From positions 245,708,001 through 245,772,000 of the forward strand of contig NC_086097.1 in the NCBI RefSeq assembly GCF_963921235.1: a stretch of 64,000 nt of DNA. Reading direction: 5' to 3'. Source of the DNA: Mobula hypostoma (lineage: Eukaryota). The notes beneath the pieces are model-generated. The model did not search any database, was not told the DNA's origin, and saw nothing but the letters and a program-made list of their open reading frames with translations. Positions within the stretch are counted from its first letter, which is position 1. Each line of letters starts with the position of its first letter. The position numbers and the translations under genes were made by a program. Below, in pieces: positions 62,191 through 64,000 of this stretch.

Positions 62191-62731
62191 CACTCAGTGA
62201 CCACTTTACCAGGTACAGCTGCTTGTTAATGCGAATATCTCATCAACCTATCATGTGGCAACAACTTGATGCATAAAGGCATGCAGACAGGGTCAAGAGG
62301 TTCAGACCAAACGTCAGAATGGAGAGTAAATGTGATCTAAATGACGTTGATTGTTGGTGCCAGACAGAGTGCTTTGAGTGTCTCAGAAACAGCTGATCTC
62401 CTGGGATTTTCATGCACAACAGTCTCTAGAGTTTACAGAGAATGGTTGAAAAAAAACAAAGAGCATCCAGTGAGTGGCAGTTCTGTGGGCGAAAATATCT
62501 TGATAATGAGAGTGGTCTGAGGAGAATGGCCTGTCTGGTTCAAGCTGACAGGAAGGTGACAGTAACTCAAATAATCACGTGTTACAACAGTGGTGTGCAA
62601 AGGGGCATCTCTGAATGCACAATGTGTCGAACCTTGAAGTGGATAGACCATGGTAGCAGAAGACCACAAACATGCAATCAATGGCCACTTTATTAGGTAC
62701 TTCCTGTACCTAATAAAGTGGCCACTGAGTG
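62191..62731 (+). mobile_element. Internally deleted Tc1-like transposon (copy 3)
   Basis: TIRs CACTCAGTG(A/G)CCACTTTA…TAAAGTGGCCACTGAGTG; QFCGRKYLDNESGLRRMACLVQADRKVTVTQI…RTLKW is Tc1 N-terminal sequence. Confidence 0.82.
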
Positions 62732-64000
62732 TAGTAAACACCAGACGAGTGGGACACATAATGGTGTTTTTCTCTTTTATGGTAATACACACATTCTTAC
62801 TCATCCAAAGCATATCACTGTGGCACATGATCGAAGTCTCTACTACCCTGTTAGATAATTAGAGGAGGGAGTTAAGTCATTTTGTTTTTTTGATGAATAG
62901 GTTGTGTGTTGAGAAATAAATTGGACAAACTGCTAGTGAGCTCAGTAAACTCAAAATTTACCATTAGGGGGATGCTCAGGACAAATGTTGAGTTTGATAT
63001 GTATCTTCTGATTAATCCCCTATCAAACCAACCTACCGTCTGCCACAGCTCCAGTCCATTGGAATAATTCATGACTACACAGGCACAGTCTCTTTCAAAG
63101 CAGGTGATTTTATTTATTTATTTAGCAATACAGCACGGAGTGGGCCCTTCTGGCCCTTCAAGCCATGCTGTCTCAGCAACCCCTGACAAATCCAATTAAC
63201 TGTAACCTAATCAGGGGACAATTAACCTACCCGCTACGTCCACGGGGAGGGCGTACTGACTGAGTTTTCTGTGTTAGAGTCATAAAGTCATAGAACACTA
63301 CAGCACAGGAACAGGCCCTTTGGCCCATCTAGTCTGTGCTGAACCATTAATTTGCCATCAATCTGCACCTGGACCATAGGCCTCCATACCCCTCCCATCC
63401 ATGTCCTATTTAAAGTAATCCTAAATGTTGGAATCAAATCTGTATCTACCACTTGTTCCACACTCTCACCACCCTCTGAGAGAAGAAGCTCCCCCTCATG
63501 TTCTCCTTTAACAATTCACCTTTCACCCTTAACCCACAACCTCCAGTTGTAGTCTCATCTAACTTCAGTGGAAAAAGCCTGCTTGCATTCACCCTGTCTG
63601 TACCTCACATAATTTTGGTCTACCATCTATCAAATCTCCCCTCAGTCACATGGTGTAATTGGGCAGCACAGGCTCACTGGGCCAGAAGGGCCTGTTACAA
63701 TTCTGCATCTCCAAATAAATAAAAAATAAAGCTCATCTTTAATCATTTAACTGCACATGTACACCAAAATCCGTCTGTTCCTGCACACACTATAGAACTT
63801 TTTCATTTAGTAAACATGTCTGGTGGAACTGGTTCTCATCCTCATCTGTCAGCTCCTCCCACTTTCTCCAAACTCAAGGTGTAGCCAAGGGCGCCTGTAT
63901 AAGCCTCAGCTATGCCTGCCTTGTCATTGGCTACGTGGAACAGTCCATGTTCCAAGCCTTCCATGGTAATGCTCCCAAATTCTTGGTTGGTGCGGCTGTA

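Overview
Eukaryotic, TE-dense vertebrate genomic DNA. The repeat families (CR1/HER1-like LINEs, V-type tRNA-derived SINEs, Rex1/Babar-like, Tx1-like, Penelope-like) suggest a cartilaginous fish, probably a ray; this is inference. The only host gene I can support is GLI3 on the + strand: three phase-compatible internal exons (35700-35905, 41912-42052, 58240-58441; 206, 141 and 202 nt) equivalent to human exons 5-7, including the SUFU-binding SYGHL motif. Everything else is intron. The most notable system is a Penelope-like (GIY-YIG) retroelement family whose 3' end carries a minimal type-I hammerhead ribozyme. It occurs as one ~3 kb decayed coding copy, truncated copies, and many tiny, often fold-back, insertions flanked by 10-16 bp direct repeats. 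Other points: a CpG-retaining intronic domain (~5-17 kb), several candidate GLI3 enhancers (TCF/LEF, PBX-HOX, MEIS motifs), a 54-bp inverted templated insertion, solo LTRs with nested insertions, Tc1/mariner MITEs with extra internal TIRs, a non-autonomous element with a YY1-type head and 3' hairpin, and a 59-bp minisatellite. No prokaryotic, CRISPR or RNA-gene features are supported. TE family names come from recognised motifs, not database searches, and boundaries of old fragments are approximate.
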